A stretch of 45,844 bases of DNA from contig CALQEM020000001.1 in assembly GCA_943329595.2 (NCBI GenBank), positions 1 through 45,844 on the forward strand, in the 5' to 3' direction. The notes beneath the pieces are model-generated. The model was not told the DNA's origin. It saw only the letters and a list, made by a program, of their open reading frames with translations, and did no database searches. The DNA comes from Bifidobacterium breve. Its GTDB lineage: Bacteria; Actinomycetota; Actinomycetes; S36-B12; CAIYMF01. Positions 18,240 to 26,192 of this stretch are shown piece after piece. The stretch's first letter is position 1. Every line of letters starts with the position of its first letter. Made by a program: the position numbers and the translations under genes.

Positions 18240-19192
18240 GGAATCCGCCGTTCGGTCGCGTTGTGAATGCGGGCGCGACGGTTTCCTGTCACGAACCCGA
18301 TGATGTCGGTGAGCCAGTCGCGCCCGGTAGAGACGGCGAGGTACTCGGCGCCGGAGAGCCGGATCGCCTGCTCGATCGTGTCGTTACGCTCGCGCGCGGC
18401 GGCAGCGTAGCGCTCACGTACTGCCGTGCCACGGGTCTGCACGTGCACGAGCCGGCCACTTTCGGGGTCGACCACGGCCAGCATTCCGACGTCGGGCAGT
18501 TCGAGCTCGCGCGGGTCGGTGACATGCACGCAGATGACATGGTGGCGCAGCACCAGAGAGCGAAGCGCAGTCGACCAGTCGGAGGGGTCGAGGAAGTCGG
18601 AGGCCACCACCACCTGCCCGCGCCGGGGCTGCACGCGGGGCAGCAGCGCAAGCGCGGCGGTGAGGTCGGCCCCCTCGCCCGGGGACGCGCCCTGTCGAGG
18701 GGTGTCGTAGAGGGTGGCGAGTGAGGCCAGCATCGCGGTGCGACCGGTGGAGCTCGGCCGACGGATGATCGTCGGTCCTCCGCATGCCATCACGCCGAAC
18801 CGGTTGCCCGAGCGCGCGGTGAGAATTCCGAAGGCGGCGGCCGTCGCCAGCACTACATCGCGCTTCTCGCGCCCCGCGGTGCCGAAGTCGAGGCTCGCCG
18901 AGCGGTCGGCGATAACCCATGTTTCGATCTCGCGGTCGGCCTCGGTGGTGCGCACGTGCGCCGCGTGCGACCGCGCCGTGAGACTCCAGTCGATACGCCG
19001 TGCGTCGTCGCCCGGCTGGTACTCGCGCGCGCCCGCACGCTCGCTGCCAGGACCCAGCGAGCTGGTGTGATGATCTCCTGAGGCTCGGCCGTCGAGCCGA
19101 CGGATGACATCGAGTTCGAGCTGGCGCAGCACAGCGGCACGACCGACGTGGTCGGACACCTGCTCGCTCACCCGGGTCGCGTCGGAACTCAC
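18236..19192 (-). CDS. DUF58-domain protein
   Basis: YQPGDDARRIDWSLTAR motif. GTG 19192 overlaps the MoxR stop (GTGA). Confidence 0.85.
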   Translation of the reverse strand: MSSDATRVSEQVSDHVGRAAVLRQLELDVIRRLDGRASGDHHTSSLGPGSERAGAREYQPGDDARRIDWSLTARSHAAHVRTTEADREIETWVIADRSASLDFGTAGREKRDVVLATAAAFGILTARSGNRFGVMACGGPTIIRRPSSTGRTAMLASLATLYDTPRQGASPGEGADLTAALALLPRVQPRRGQVVVASDFLDPSDWSTALRSLVLRHHVICVHVTDPRELELPDVGMLAVVDPESGRLVHVQTRGTAVRERYAAAARERNDTIEQAIRLSGAEYLAVSTGRDWLTDIIGFVTGNRRARIHNATERRIP

Positions 19193-20316
19193 CCGGCCGC
19201 CAGCACCAGCGTGTCGCTGCCTGAGGCATCGCGCGTGGGGCGCACCGCAGGGGCAGTGACGGTGGACAGGATGCGGGCTAGCACGTGGTCGACCGTGATT
19301 CCCTGCGCCAGAGCGTCGTACGACAGCATCAACCGGTGGCGCAGCACCTCGGGTGCGACGTCGTAGATGTCCTGAGGAACTAGGAAGCGCCGTCCGCGCA
19401 GCACCGACAGCGCCCGGCCGGCGGCCAGCAGGCCGAGGGTTCCGCGCGGGCTGGCTCCGAGCGCGATGAACGGCGCGAGGTCGGGCATGCCGTGTACCTG
19501 GGGCTCGCGGGTTGCCATCACGAGGCGCACCGCGTAGTCCTGCACGGCGTGGTGCACGAATACGTCGTCGGTCTCGCGCTGAAGCGCCTCAAGCTGCTCG
19601 ATGCTGAGCACCTGCTCGGCCTTCGGCGGGCGCACGCTCATGCGTCCCGCGATCGCGGTCTCCTCCTGGTAGGTGGGGTGCGAGACCACGACCTGCATGA
19701 GGAAGCGGTCGCGCTGGGCCTCGGGCAGGGCGTAGACGCCCTCCGACTCGATCGGGTTCTGCGTGGCGAGGACGAGGAAGGGGGTGGGCACCTTGCGCGT
19801 CTGCCCGCCGATTGAGACCTGGCGCTCGGCCATCACCTCAAGCAGCGCCGCCTGCACCTTGGCCGGCGCGCGGTTGATCTCGTCGGCCAGCACGATGTTG
19901 GCGAAGACTGGGCCCCACTCGATGTCGAACTCCTCGCGCGACGGCCGCCAGATGCGCGTTCCGACGACATCGGCCGGCACGAGGTCGGGGGTGAACTGCA
20001 GCCGCGAGAACTGGCCGCCCACCACGGTGGCCAGGGTTGAGACAGTGAGGGTCTTGGCGAGCCCGGGCACGCCCTCGATGAGGCAGTGGCCGTTAGCGAG
20101 GAGGCACAGGAAGGCGCGCTCAACGAGCCTGTCTTGGCCGACCACCACGCGCTTGACCTGAAAGAGCGCGTCCTCGAGCAGCGCTGCGTGGTCGACCGGT
20201 CTCGGGCGCGACGGTGCCGTACCGTGCGGCTGGCCGGTGGGAGGCGCGGGCTGGCTGGCCAGATCAACCGTGTGATCCTGCGACTGCTCGGGCATCTGCT
20301 CGGTGCTCTCGTCCAT
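19189..20316 (-). CDS. MoxR-family AAA+ ATPase
   Basis: HCLIEGVPGLAKT (Walker A), ILADEINRA (Walker B) and the typical MoxR C-terminal lid. Confidence 0.9.
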   Translation of the reverse strand: MDESTEQMPEQSQDHTVDLASQPAPPTGQPHGTAPSRPRPVDHAALLEDALFQVKRVVVGQDRLVERAFLCLLANGHCLIEGVPGLAKTLTVSTLATVVGGQFSRLQFTPDLVPADVVGTRIWRPSREEFDIEWGPVFANIVLADEINRAPAKVQAALLEVMAERQVSIGGQTRKVPTPFLVLATQNPIESEGVYALPEAQRDRFLMQVVVSHPTYQEETAIAGRMSVRPPKAEQVLSIEQLEALQRETDDVFVHHAVQDYAVRLVMATREPQVHGMPDLAPFIALGASPRGTLGLLAAGRALSVLRGRRFLVPQDIYDVAPEVLRHRLMLSYDALAQGITVDHVLARILSTVTAPAVRPTRDASGSDTLVLAAG

Positions 20317-20572
20317 CGGGTGCTCCTACGGTCTGCGGGATGAGGGTTCGTTGGCGTTGGTTCTCAGGGTAAACGTCTGCGCCCTGAACAAACGTCTCAC
20401 GACAACGTAAGGAGTATGCAAGGCCTCAATGAACTACCAGCGATTGCCGAGACCCGAATGACCGGCCACCCACCCCTAGTGAGCCGGGGGAACAGCCCGC
20501 GGATAGCCCCGTGGCACACGCGTGGCCCGAGGTTGGCGCGCCTCCACCGTGCCGATGAGCGAGGATGGGCAT

Positions 20573-21703
20573 ATGAGCGAGCACGACTTCCGGGGGTCTC
20601 CCCCAGGCTGGTATCCCGACCCGTGGTTCACCGGGCAGCGCCGGTACTTCACGGGTGAGGCCTGGACCTCCGACGTGTTCGCCGACGGAGCGGCCGGGAA
20701 CGCTGGGGCAGCACCCGTGTCGCCTCGGGGCAACCACGGCCCGCCGCCCGCCACCCCCGCCTCTCCCGCGCCGCCTGCACCTCAGTGGGGCATTGACCAG
20801 CCAGCCTCGGCCGTGTCGGTCGCGCCGATGCCCCCGCCCGAGGTTCGCGCCTCCGCCGCGGCAGCACGCGGGGGCGCGATGCCGCGCGTGATTGCCGCCT
20901 CGATCGCCGTGGTGGTGCTCGCACTCGCCGCACTCTGGCTCACCCACCGCGACGGTACGACATCGAGCGCCACCGCGAGCGACGCTCCTTCAGCGGCTGC
21001 CAGCCCGGCTCCTTCGGGCTCGCCCTCCGCCCCCGCCGACAGCAGCAGTGCGTCGCTCGAGAACCTGGTGGTTCGCCCGCAGGATGTCACCGACGCCTAC
21101 GCGGTGGCTCCCATTCCCGGTGGCACCGAGGTCGAGGGCGAGGTCACCCTCGACCTCTGCGACTCCTTCTACCCGAGCGAGGCCCTTCGGGTTGAGCGGC
21201 TCCAGGTGGTGGCCGTCGACTCGGCCGGCGACACCCAACTGAGCACCGAGGCGGTGCGGTACGAGTCCGACGCCGCGACCGCCCAGGCCTTCGACGAGAT
21301 TCGGGCCTCGGCCAAGGACTGCCCCAGCGCGCCCGTGCCCGACCCCACCACGGGCGGCACTGTGTCAACCACTCTCACCAGCGACGTCGACTCGTCATGG
21401 GCCAGCACCCCGGGAGTCGACAGGCTGGCGTATCTTGTGACCCGCACCGACGACACCGGCAACGAAACCTCGACGCTGGTCGTCTACCTCCGCCGCGGAC
21501 CCCTGTTCATCGGCGTGTATTTCCCGAAGTCGTCGGGCGAGCAGATGTCGGTCGAGGGTGCCACCACGATTGCTGACATTGTGACCATCTTCGAAAAGCG
21601 CCTGGTGAGCCCACCCACCGACGCCCCCTGGACCCCCGGCCTCGAGAGCGGCGGCAGTGGTGGAGGTGGTGGCGGTGGCGGCAGTGGCGGCATTCCCGCC
21701 TGA
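20573..21703 (+). CDS. DUF2510-domain membrane protein with an extracytoplasmic PknH_C-like sensor domain and a poly-Gly tail
   Basis: PPGWYPDPWFTGQRRYFTGEAWT (DUF2510), one TM helix (VIAASIAVVVLALAALWL), a Ser/Ala/Pro linker, a ~200-aa domain with Cys...Cys (LDLCDSF, SAKDCPS), and C-terminal SGGSGGGGGGGGSGG. Start ambiguous: GTG 20522, ATG 20555, or ATG 20573 preceded by GAGGA. Confidence 0.7.
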   Translation: MSEHDFRGSPPGWYPDPWFTGQRRYFTGEAWTSDVFADGAAGNAGAAPVSPRGNHGPPPATPASPAPPAPQWGIDQPASAVSVAPMPPPEVRASAAAARGGAMPRVIAASIAVVVLALAALWLTHRDGTTSSATASDAPSAAASPAPSGSPSAPADSSSASLENLVVRPQDVTDAYAVAPIPGGTEVEGEVTLDLCDSFYPSEALRVERLQVVAVDSAGDTQLSTEAVRYESDAATAQAFDEIRASAKDCPSAPVPDPTTGGTVSTTLTSDVDSSWASTPGVDRLAYLVTRTDDTGNETSTLVVYLRRGPLFIGVYFPKSSGEQMSVEGATTIADIVTIFEKRLVSPPTDAPWTPGLESGGSGGGGGGGGSGGIPA

Positions 21704-21723
21704 CCGCGCCCGACTTTCCCGAT

Positions 21724-21773
21724 TGCTGCTCGAGTCATCGCTGATGTCGCAGCCAGCGATGACTCAAGCAGCA
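21724..21773. terminator. 20-bp-stem hairpin between convergent genes (possible bidirectional, U-tract-less terminator)
   Basis: tgctgctcgagtcatcgctg (21724-21743) pairs with cagcgatgactcaagcagca (21754-21773), 19 of 20 bp with a 10-nt loop. The 3' arm is repeated again at 21779-21794. Confidence 0.5.
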
Positions 21774-21811
21774 CTCACGATGACTCAAGCAGCAGGTGCC
21801 GGCTGACGGAA

Positions 21812-22069
21812 TCAGGCCAGTGACATGAAGAGCTTGACCATGTCGTCTTGGTCCATGCCCTCGTCGGGGTCGAGCAGGCACTGCTGCATCCCGCTCGCGA
21901 TGATGTGAAAGCCAGCCTTGTCGAGCGCACGCGACGCGGCCGCGAGCTGGGTGACCACGTCGCGGCAGTCGCGGCCCTCCTCAAGCATGCGCACCACGCC
22001 CGCGATCTGGCCTTCGGCGCGGCGAAGGCGACGGATGGATGCGGCCGAGGCATCGTCATTGAGCTGCAT
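21812..22069 (-). CDS. CsoR/RcnR-family (DUF156) metal- or persulfide-sensing repressor, C-x-C type
   Basis: RLRRAEGQIAGVVRMLEEGRDCRDVVTQLAAASRALDKAG...MQQC. Cys35 and Cys64 are 29 residues apart, as in other family members. The position 4 residues before the second Cys is Gly60, not His. Confidence 0.85.
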   Translation of the reverse strand: MQLNDDASAASIRRLRRAEGQIAGVVRMLEEGRDCRDVVTQLAAASRALDKAGFHIIASGMQQCLLDPDEGMDQDDMVKLFMSLA

Positions 22070-22078
22070 GATTCAAAC

Positions 22079-22094
22079 ATACCCCTCTGGGTAT
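22079..22094. promoter_or_regulatory. CsoR-type operator-like inverted repeat ATACCC-CTCT-GGGTAT just upstream of the repressor gene
   Basis: 6-4-6 inverted repeat located 10-25 nt upstream of the ATG at 22069. Confidence 0.6.
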
Positions 22095-22166
22095 CCGTTT
22101 TCTGGTGAAAAGCGCCCCCCGGAACGGACCATGATCAAGGTGAAGGTCGTGTCCGCCGGTGAGGCG

Positions 22167-22337
22167 CTATCTCGGTGTCGGCGTGGGCCGCCCGAACAAC
22201 TTTCTCTTGGCTGGCCTGCCGCCGTCGCAGGAGCACCGATCCTTCGTCGCAACACCGCGCAAGACCTGGTCGACATGTGAGCCACAGCCGGTGAAGGTGG
22301 CCTTACCGCAGGTTCGGCAGGTTGCGGGTGAGCACAT
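22167..22337 (-). CDS. 56-aa cysteine-rich protein (6 Cys, 1 His), function unknown
   Basis: MCSPATCRTCGKATFTGCGSHVDQVLRGVATKDRCSCDGGRPAKRKLFGRPTPTPR. ATG 22337 lies 1 nt after the DUF302 stop (TGAcATG), and a GAGGTG SD-like sequence sits inside the DUF302 3' end. The longer track ORF to 22409 would overlap DUF302. Confidence 0.6.
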   Translation of the reverse strand: MCSPATCRTCGKATFTGCGSHVDQVLRGVATKDRCSCDGGRPAKRKLFGRPTPTPR

Positions 22338-22338
22338 G

Positions 22339-22743
22339 TCAGGCCACCTCGGCGTCGGGTGAGAGAGACGCCAAGGCCGCGCGAAGCCTCGTGGTGGCCT
22401 CCTCGGCAACGGACCTCAGGTCGGGCGACGGCGACATCGCCACCATTGTCATCGGATCAATCACCTCGACTACCGTGCTCTCGCCAGCGACCCGCACCAC
22501 GACGTTGCACGGCAGCAGCAGGCCGATCGACGGGTCAGCCGACATCGCGCGATGAGCGAGTGGCGGGTTGCAGGCACCGAGGATGAGGTACGGGTCGCCG
22601 TCGATGTCGAGTTTGGCCTTCATGGTGGCCTGAACGTCAATTTCAGTCAGCACACCGAAGCCCTGCTCAGACAGCGCCTGCCTCACGGCGACGACCGTCT
22701 CCTCGAAGGGCGCGCTCAGTGTGATCGCGAATCCGTAGCCCAT
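22339..22743 (-). CDS. DUF302-domain protein
   Basis: FEETVVAVRQALSEQGFGVLTEIDVQATMKAKL...YLILGACNPPLAHRA...LLPCNVVV is a typical DUF302 pattern. GGAGG lies 7 nt upstream of the ATG. Confidence 0.85.
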   Translation of the reverse strand: MGYGFAITLSAPFEETVVAVRQALSEQGFGVLTEIDVQATMKAKLDIDGDPYLILGACNPPLAHRAMSADPSIGLLLPCNVVVRVAGESTVVEVIDPMTMVAMSPSPDLRSVAEEATTRLRAALASLSPDAEVA

Positions 22744-22761
22744 GGCTGAACCTCCAGTAAG

Positions 22762-22781
22762 TAATACCCCTAGGGGTATTA
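22762..22781. promoter_or_regulatory. Perfect 20-bp palindrome TAATACCCCTAGGGGTATTA, a CsoR-family operator upstream of the DUF302 operon
   Basis: The sequence equals its own reverse complement. It lies 6 nt upstream of the SD of the DUF302 gene. A TTGACG -35-like hexamer (reverse strand, 22802-22807) places the -10 on the left arm of the palindrome. Confidence 0.75.
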
Positions 22782-22835
22782 TTCACGGCTCGAGGCACGC
22801 CCGTCAATCCGTGCCCCTCGGCGGCCGAGAGTCAC

Positions 22836-24233
22836 TCAGGTCAGGGCAGGTCCAGGCCGCTGGTACGGCCCTCGCGCCCATGCCACCCCTCGGCAGTACT
22901 GCAGGGGCAGCACCAGCACCGCCACGGTCAGCGCGAGCCGGAGAAAGATCACCGCACGCGAGGCCGAGGTCAGCAGAAGAAAGTCGATGTCAGCAGGATC
23001 GGCTAAGTAGGCGACTAGGAGAGCGGCGAGTCCTAACGCCCCCACCGCGACCGTCCAGAGTGGACCACCTACGCCGGTGGCACGGATGCGCGAACGCAGG
23101 GCCAGCGCGCCCAGCGCGATGAGGGCGAGAGCGGGCACGGCGAGGGGGACGAGCCTCTCAATGGCGGTCAGCGACGGTTCAAGCCGCCCGACCACCGTGG
23201 GGTCATTGGCCAGCAGCCCGCGCATCGCTGCTGCCAGCGAGTAACGACCCGGAATGCCGAGCGCCGCGACCACCACCGGCCACAGGGAAACGGCCGCGAT
23301 ACCCACGGCGACGATGTGCCAAGTCGCGCCGTCGGGGGGAGCCGCAGGCTCACGCTGGCGCGCCCACCTGAGCCGCAGCGCCGTGAGCGCAATCACGGCG
23401 AGTGCAATCGGAAGAGCGTCAGACTTCACGCTCGCGGCCGCGACGCACAGCAGCACGGTCACCCTGAGGTTGGTGTGGTCGGCTGGCGCCACCAGCCCCG
23501 CCGCAACGGCGGCGACCGCCAGCGCGGCCCACAGCGTGTCGACATAGCCATTGCTCACGAAGCCGCCTGAGGCAATCAGCGCCTGCATGACCAGGGCCGA
23601 CCCCAGCCCGGCGGCCATCAGACGGCCGGCCCGGCCTGTGCCCACGCGGGCCACCTCGTGGCCGGCCAGACCCACGGCCGCGATGGTGAGCGCTCCGATG
23701 ATCAACTGGGCCTGCCGGTAGTCGACACCACCGCCCACGACCCAGCCGAGGGCGATCGCGAACGATGAGCCCTCCGGGTAGTCCGGGTGGCTGAACGCGT
23801 ACACCGGCAGGCGCAGCGAGTCGACCAGGGCTGCCCCTTCGCCCGTCAGCAGCCTCGCGTGAAGGACCCAGATCGACCGCGCGTCCCAACCGAGGCCGGC
23901 GACAGTGAAGTGGGCACAGCTGAGCACGAGGGCAACCCCGAGCGGCAGCAGCCCGGTGAGCGCCTCGACCCACCCCTCACGCGCGTCGGGAGCAGCCGAC
24001 CGGCCACGACGGCGCAGTAGCACGAGAGAGCAGAAGGCTGCGGCGATCACGACCGCGCCCCACGCGAGCCACAGGGGCACGGGCACCAGCAGGGTGATCA
24101 CGACGCTGAGGCTGCCAAGAATCAATGCAGCCGGGAGCACCAGCAGGGCGACGCGCACGGGGTCGTTGGTCGCCCAGCGGGCAGGCATCACTCCCGACAG
24201 CGACAGCGCCGCAACCGCCCACAGCGTGCTCAT
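22836..24233 (-). CDS. Polytopic membrane protein, GT-C-like glycosyltransferase candidate
   Basis: About 12-14 TM helices in 465 aa, immediately downstream (4 nt) of a GT2 polyprenol-phosphate sugar synthase-like gene. Start at ATG 24233 (MSTLWAV). No catalytic motif confidently recognised. Confidence 0.5.
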   Translation of the reverse strand: MSTLWAVAALSLSGVMPARWATNDPVRVALLVLPAALILGSLSVVITLLVPVPLWLAWGAVVIAAAFCSLVLLRRRGRSAAPDAREGWVEALTGLLPLGVALVLSCAHFTVAGLGWDARSIWVLHARLLTGEGAALVDSLRLPVYAFSHPDYPEGSSFAIALGWVVGGGVDYRQAQLIIGALTIAAVGLAGHEVARVGTGRAGRLMAAGLGSALVMQALIASGGFVSNGYVDTLWAALAVAAVAAGLVAPADHTNLRVTVLLCVAAASVKSDALPIALAVIALTALRLRWARQREPAAPPDGATWHIVAVGIAAVSLWPVVVAALGIPGRYSLAAAMRGLLANDPTVVGRLEPSLTAIERLVPLAVPALALIALGALALRSRIRATGVGGPLWTVAVGALGLAALLVAYLADPADIDFLLLTSASRAVIFLRLALTVAVLVLPLQYCRGVAWARGPYQRPGPALT

Positions 24234-24237
24234 CTGC

Positions 24238-25011
24238 TCATTCGCCTGCCGGGTGCCACGAGGACGTCTGACGTCGGCCGCGCAGGTTGTACTTACCGAC
24301 GCAGTAGACGGCCCTGACGCCGTCGCGCCAGCCGATCTTCTTGCCCTCGGCGTACGTGCGACCGCTGTACGAGACCCCGACCTCGTAGATGCGGGCACCG
24401 AGTCGCGCCACCTTCGCGGTGATCTCCGGCTCGAAGCCGAAGCGATCCTCCTCGATGGTGATCGACTGGATCAGTTCCCGACGAAACGCCTTGTAGCCCG
24501 TCTCCATGTCGGTGAGGTTCAGGTTGGTCATCATGTTCGACAGCGTGGTGAGCGCGCGATTGCCGACGAAGTGCCAGTAGTACAGCACGCGGTGGGCGTC
24601 GCCGCCGATGAATCGTGAGCCGAAGACCACATCGGCATGGCCTTCGGCGATCGGTCGGATCAGCACCGGGTAGTCGCGTGGGTTGTACTCAAGGTCGGCG
24701 TCCTGAATGACCACGACATCACCGGTCGCTGCTGCGATACCGGTGCGCAGGGCTGCCCCCTTGCCACGGTTCACATCGTGTAGCAGTAACACGTCAACAA
24801 GGCCGCGCAGCGGACCCTCGAGCAGCTCGCGCGTTCCGTCTGTCGACCTGTCGTCGACGACGATGACCTCAATGCGCTGCACCGGCGAGGCATGAACGGC
24901 GCTCAGCATGGCCGCGATGGTGCTGGCCTCGTTGAAGCACGGAATGACAATGCTGAGGAAGAGCTCGGCGCCAGGGTCGGAGCCGACACCACCCATGCCC
25001 TCGTCACTCAT
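24238..25011 (-). CDS. GT2-family glycosyltransferase (polyprenol/dolichol-phosphate sugar synthase-like)
   Basis: [14 protein letters not shown]...[12 protein letters not shown]...[15 protein letters not shown]...FGSRF... Confidence 0.85.
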   Translation of the reverse strand: MSDEGMGGVGSDPGAELFLSIVIPCFNEASTIAAMLSAVHASPVQRIEVIVVDDRSTDGTRELLEGPLRGLVDVLLLHDVNRGKGAALRTGIAAATGDVVVIQDADLEYNPRDYPVLIRPIAEGHADVVFGSRFIGGDAHRVLYYWHFVGNRALTTLSNMMTNLNLTDMETGYKAFRRELIQSITIEEDRFGFEPEITAKVARLGARIYEVGVSYSGRTYAEGKKIGWRDGVRAVYCVGKYNLRGRRQTSSWHPAGE

Positions 25012-25463
25012 GCCGCCGCCCCATCACGGGTGACCACGAGACTTCCGCACCCCCAGGGGCCAGCGTCGCTCCCCTTCAGACTCAGACCGAGGGCACCAGG
25101 CTCCGGGGCAGCAAGCACACGCAGCCATGGTGTTGACAGCTCGACGAGCCGCTGGAACGCGAGCGGTCCCTCGGACGACATGACGTACACACGACTACCC
25201 GCAGGCACAGCATCGTGAAGGTCGGCCTCCACGCACCCCCAGCTAACCTCAGCGGCGGCGCCACCCTCGACTGCGGCAGGCGACACCTGGGCGAGGAAGT
25301 CACGCATTCCGTGGAGGGCCCCGAAGCACACGGTCCCCACTGCCGCGAGGACTACTACTGCTCGCAGGGCCGACATGAGCCATGACAAAGGGGACAGCGG
25401 GTTGCGGGGCTCGCTCAGTGACGACTGGCCGTGGCCTGCATCCACGCCTCCTGGCTGCACCAT
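25008..25463 (-). CDS. Hypothetical membrane-anchored protein, first gene of the GT operon
   Basis: One hydrophobic helix ([19 protein letters not shown]). The stop overlaps the GT2 start as ATGA (25008-25011). The start could be ATG 25376. Confidence 0.45.
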   Translation of the reverse strand: MVQPGGVDAGHGQSSLSEPRNPLSPLSWLMSALRAVVVLAAVGTVCFGALHGMRDFLAQVSPAAVEGGAAAEVSWGCVEADLHDAVPAGSRVYVMSSEGPLAFQRLVELSTPWLRVLAAPEPGALGLSLKGSDAGPWGCGSLVVTRDGAAA

Positions 25464-25563
25464 GGCGCACTCCTCGTGGTCGTAGAAACCTCGTGCGCGC
25501 CCTAGACGACGCCCGAGTTTTCCGGAAGGGACTCAACGCTACCCATGATGGTCGCATGCGGAG

Positions 25564-26112
25564 ATGACTCAGCCTGCAGGTCTCGACGGCAGCCGCTACC
25601 GTGACCGCATGGCCGAGACCGAGAACCCCGAGAGCTCAGACATCTCAAAGATCGTCGATACTGGCAACGATCGGGTGCGGTCAGCGCGCATCACGATCAA
25701 TGCCCCCGCGGCCGACATCTTCGACCTGATCGCGCACCCGGCCAACCACCCGCTGTTCGACGGTTCGGGCACCGTGACCTCGAGCTCCTTCGGGCCCGAT
25801 CGGCTTACTCTCGGCGCAACATTCGGCATGTCGATGCGTATCGTGGTGCCCTATCGCATGACCAACACGGTGATGGAGTTCGACGAGGGCCGGCTCATCG
25901 CGTGGCGCCACATCGGCGGCCACCGCTGGCGCTACGAACTCGAGCGCGTCACCGACTCGTCGACCCTCGTGACCGAAACCTTCGACGGCACCACCTCGCG
26001 GTTTCCGCCGAGCCTGCGGCTCATGAACGCGTACGAAAACAACACCCGCTCGATTCTGAAGACGCTCGAAGAGCTCAAGCGCCTCGCCGAGAGCGCTGCT
26101 TCGAACAAGTAG
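25564..26112 (+). CDS. SRPBCC (polyketide cyclase/dehydrase-like) family protein
   Basis: RSARITINAPAADIFDLIAHPANHPLFDGSG...IAWRH... is the typical START/Bet v1-like pattern. Confidence 0.75.
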   Translation: MTQPAGLDGSRYRDRMAETENPESSDISKIVDTGNDRVRSARITINAPAADIFDLIAHPANHPLFDGSGTVTSSSFGPDRLTLGATFGMSMRIVVPYRMTNTVMEFDEGRLIAWRHIGGHRWRYELERVTDSSTLVTETFDGTTSRFPPSLRLMNAYENNTRSILKTLEELKRLAESAASNK

Positions 26113-26192
26113 GTCGGCCACACCTACATCACTTCGGACACAGCTTCACCATGTCCGATCTGGCGTGGGGGTTCGGCCCGTAAACTCGCACT

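Noticed and set aside
20317-20572. Small RNA (6C-like C-rich loops at about 20460-20500) or a small ORF starting at ATG 20416 after AAGGAG.
   Set aside because: The C-rich hairpin is short (a 5-bp stem) and I cannot verify a 6C-type fold without a covariance model. The AAGGAG is only 1 nt from the ATG, and the 80-aa ORF overlaps the DUF2510 gene out of frame.
21640-21700. Poly-glycine-coding tract as a slipped-strand phase-variation site.
   Set aside because: The tract is a mix of GGC/GGT/GGA/AGT codons, not a homopolymer or a perfect short tandem repeat, so slippage is unlikely.
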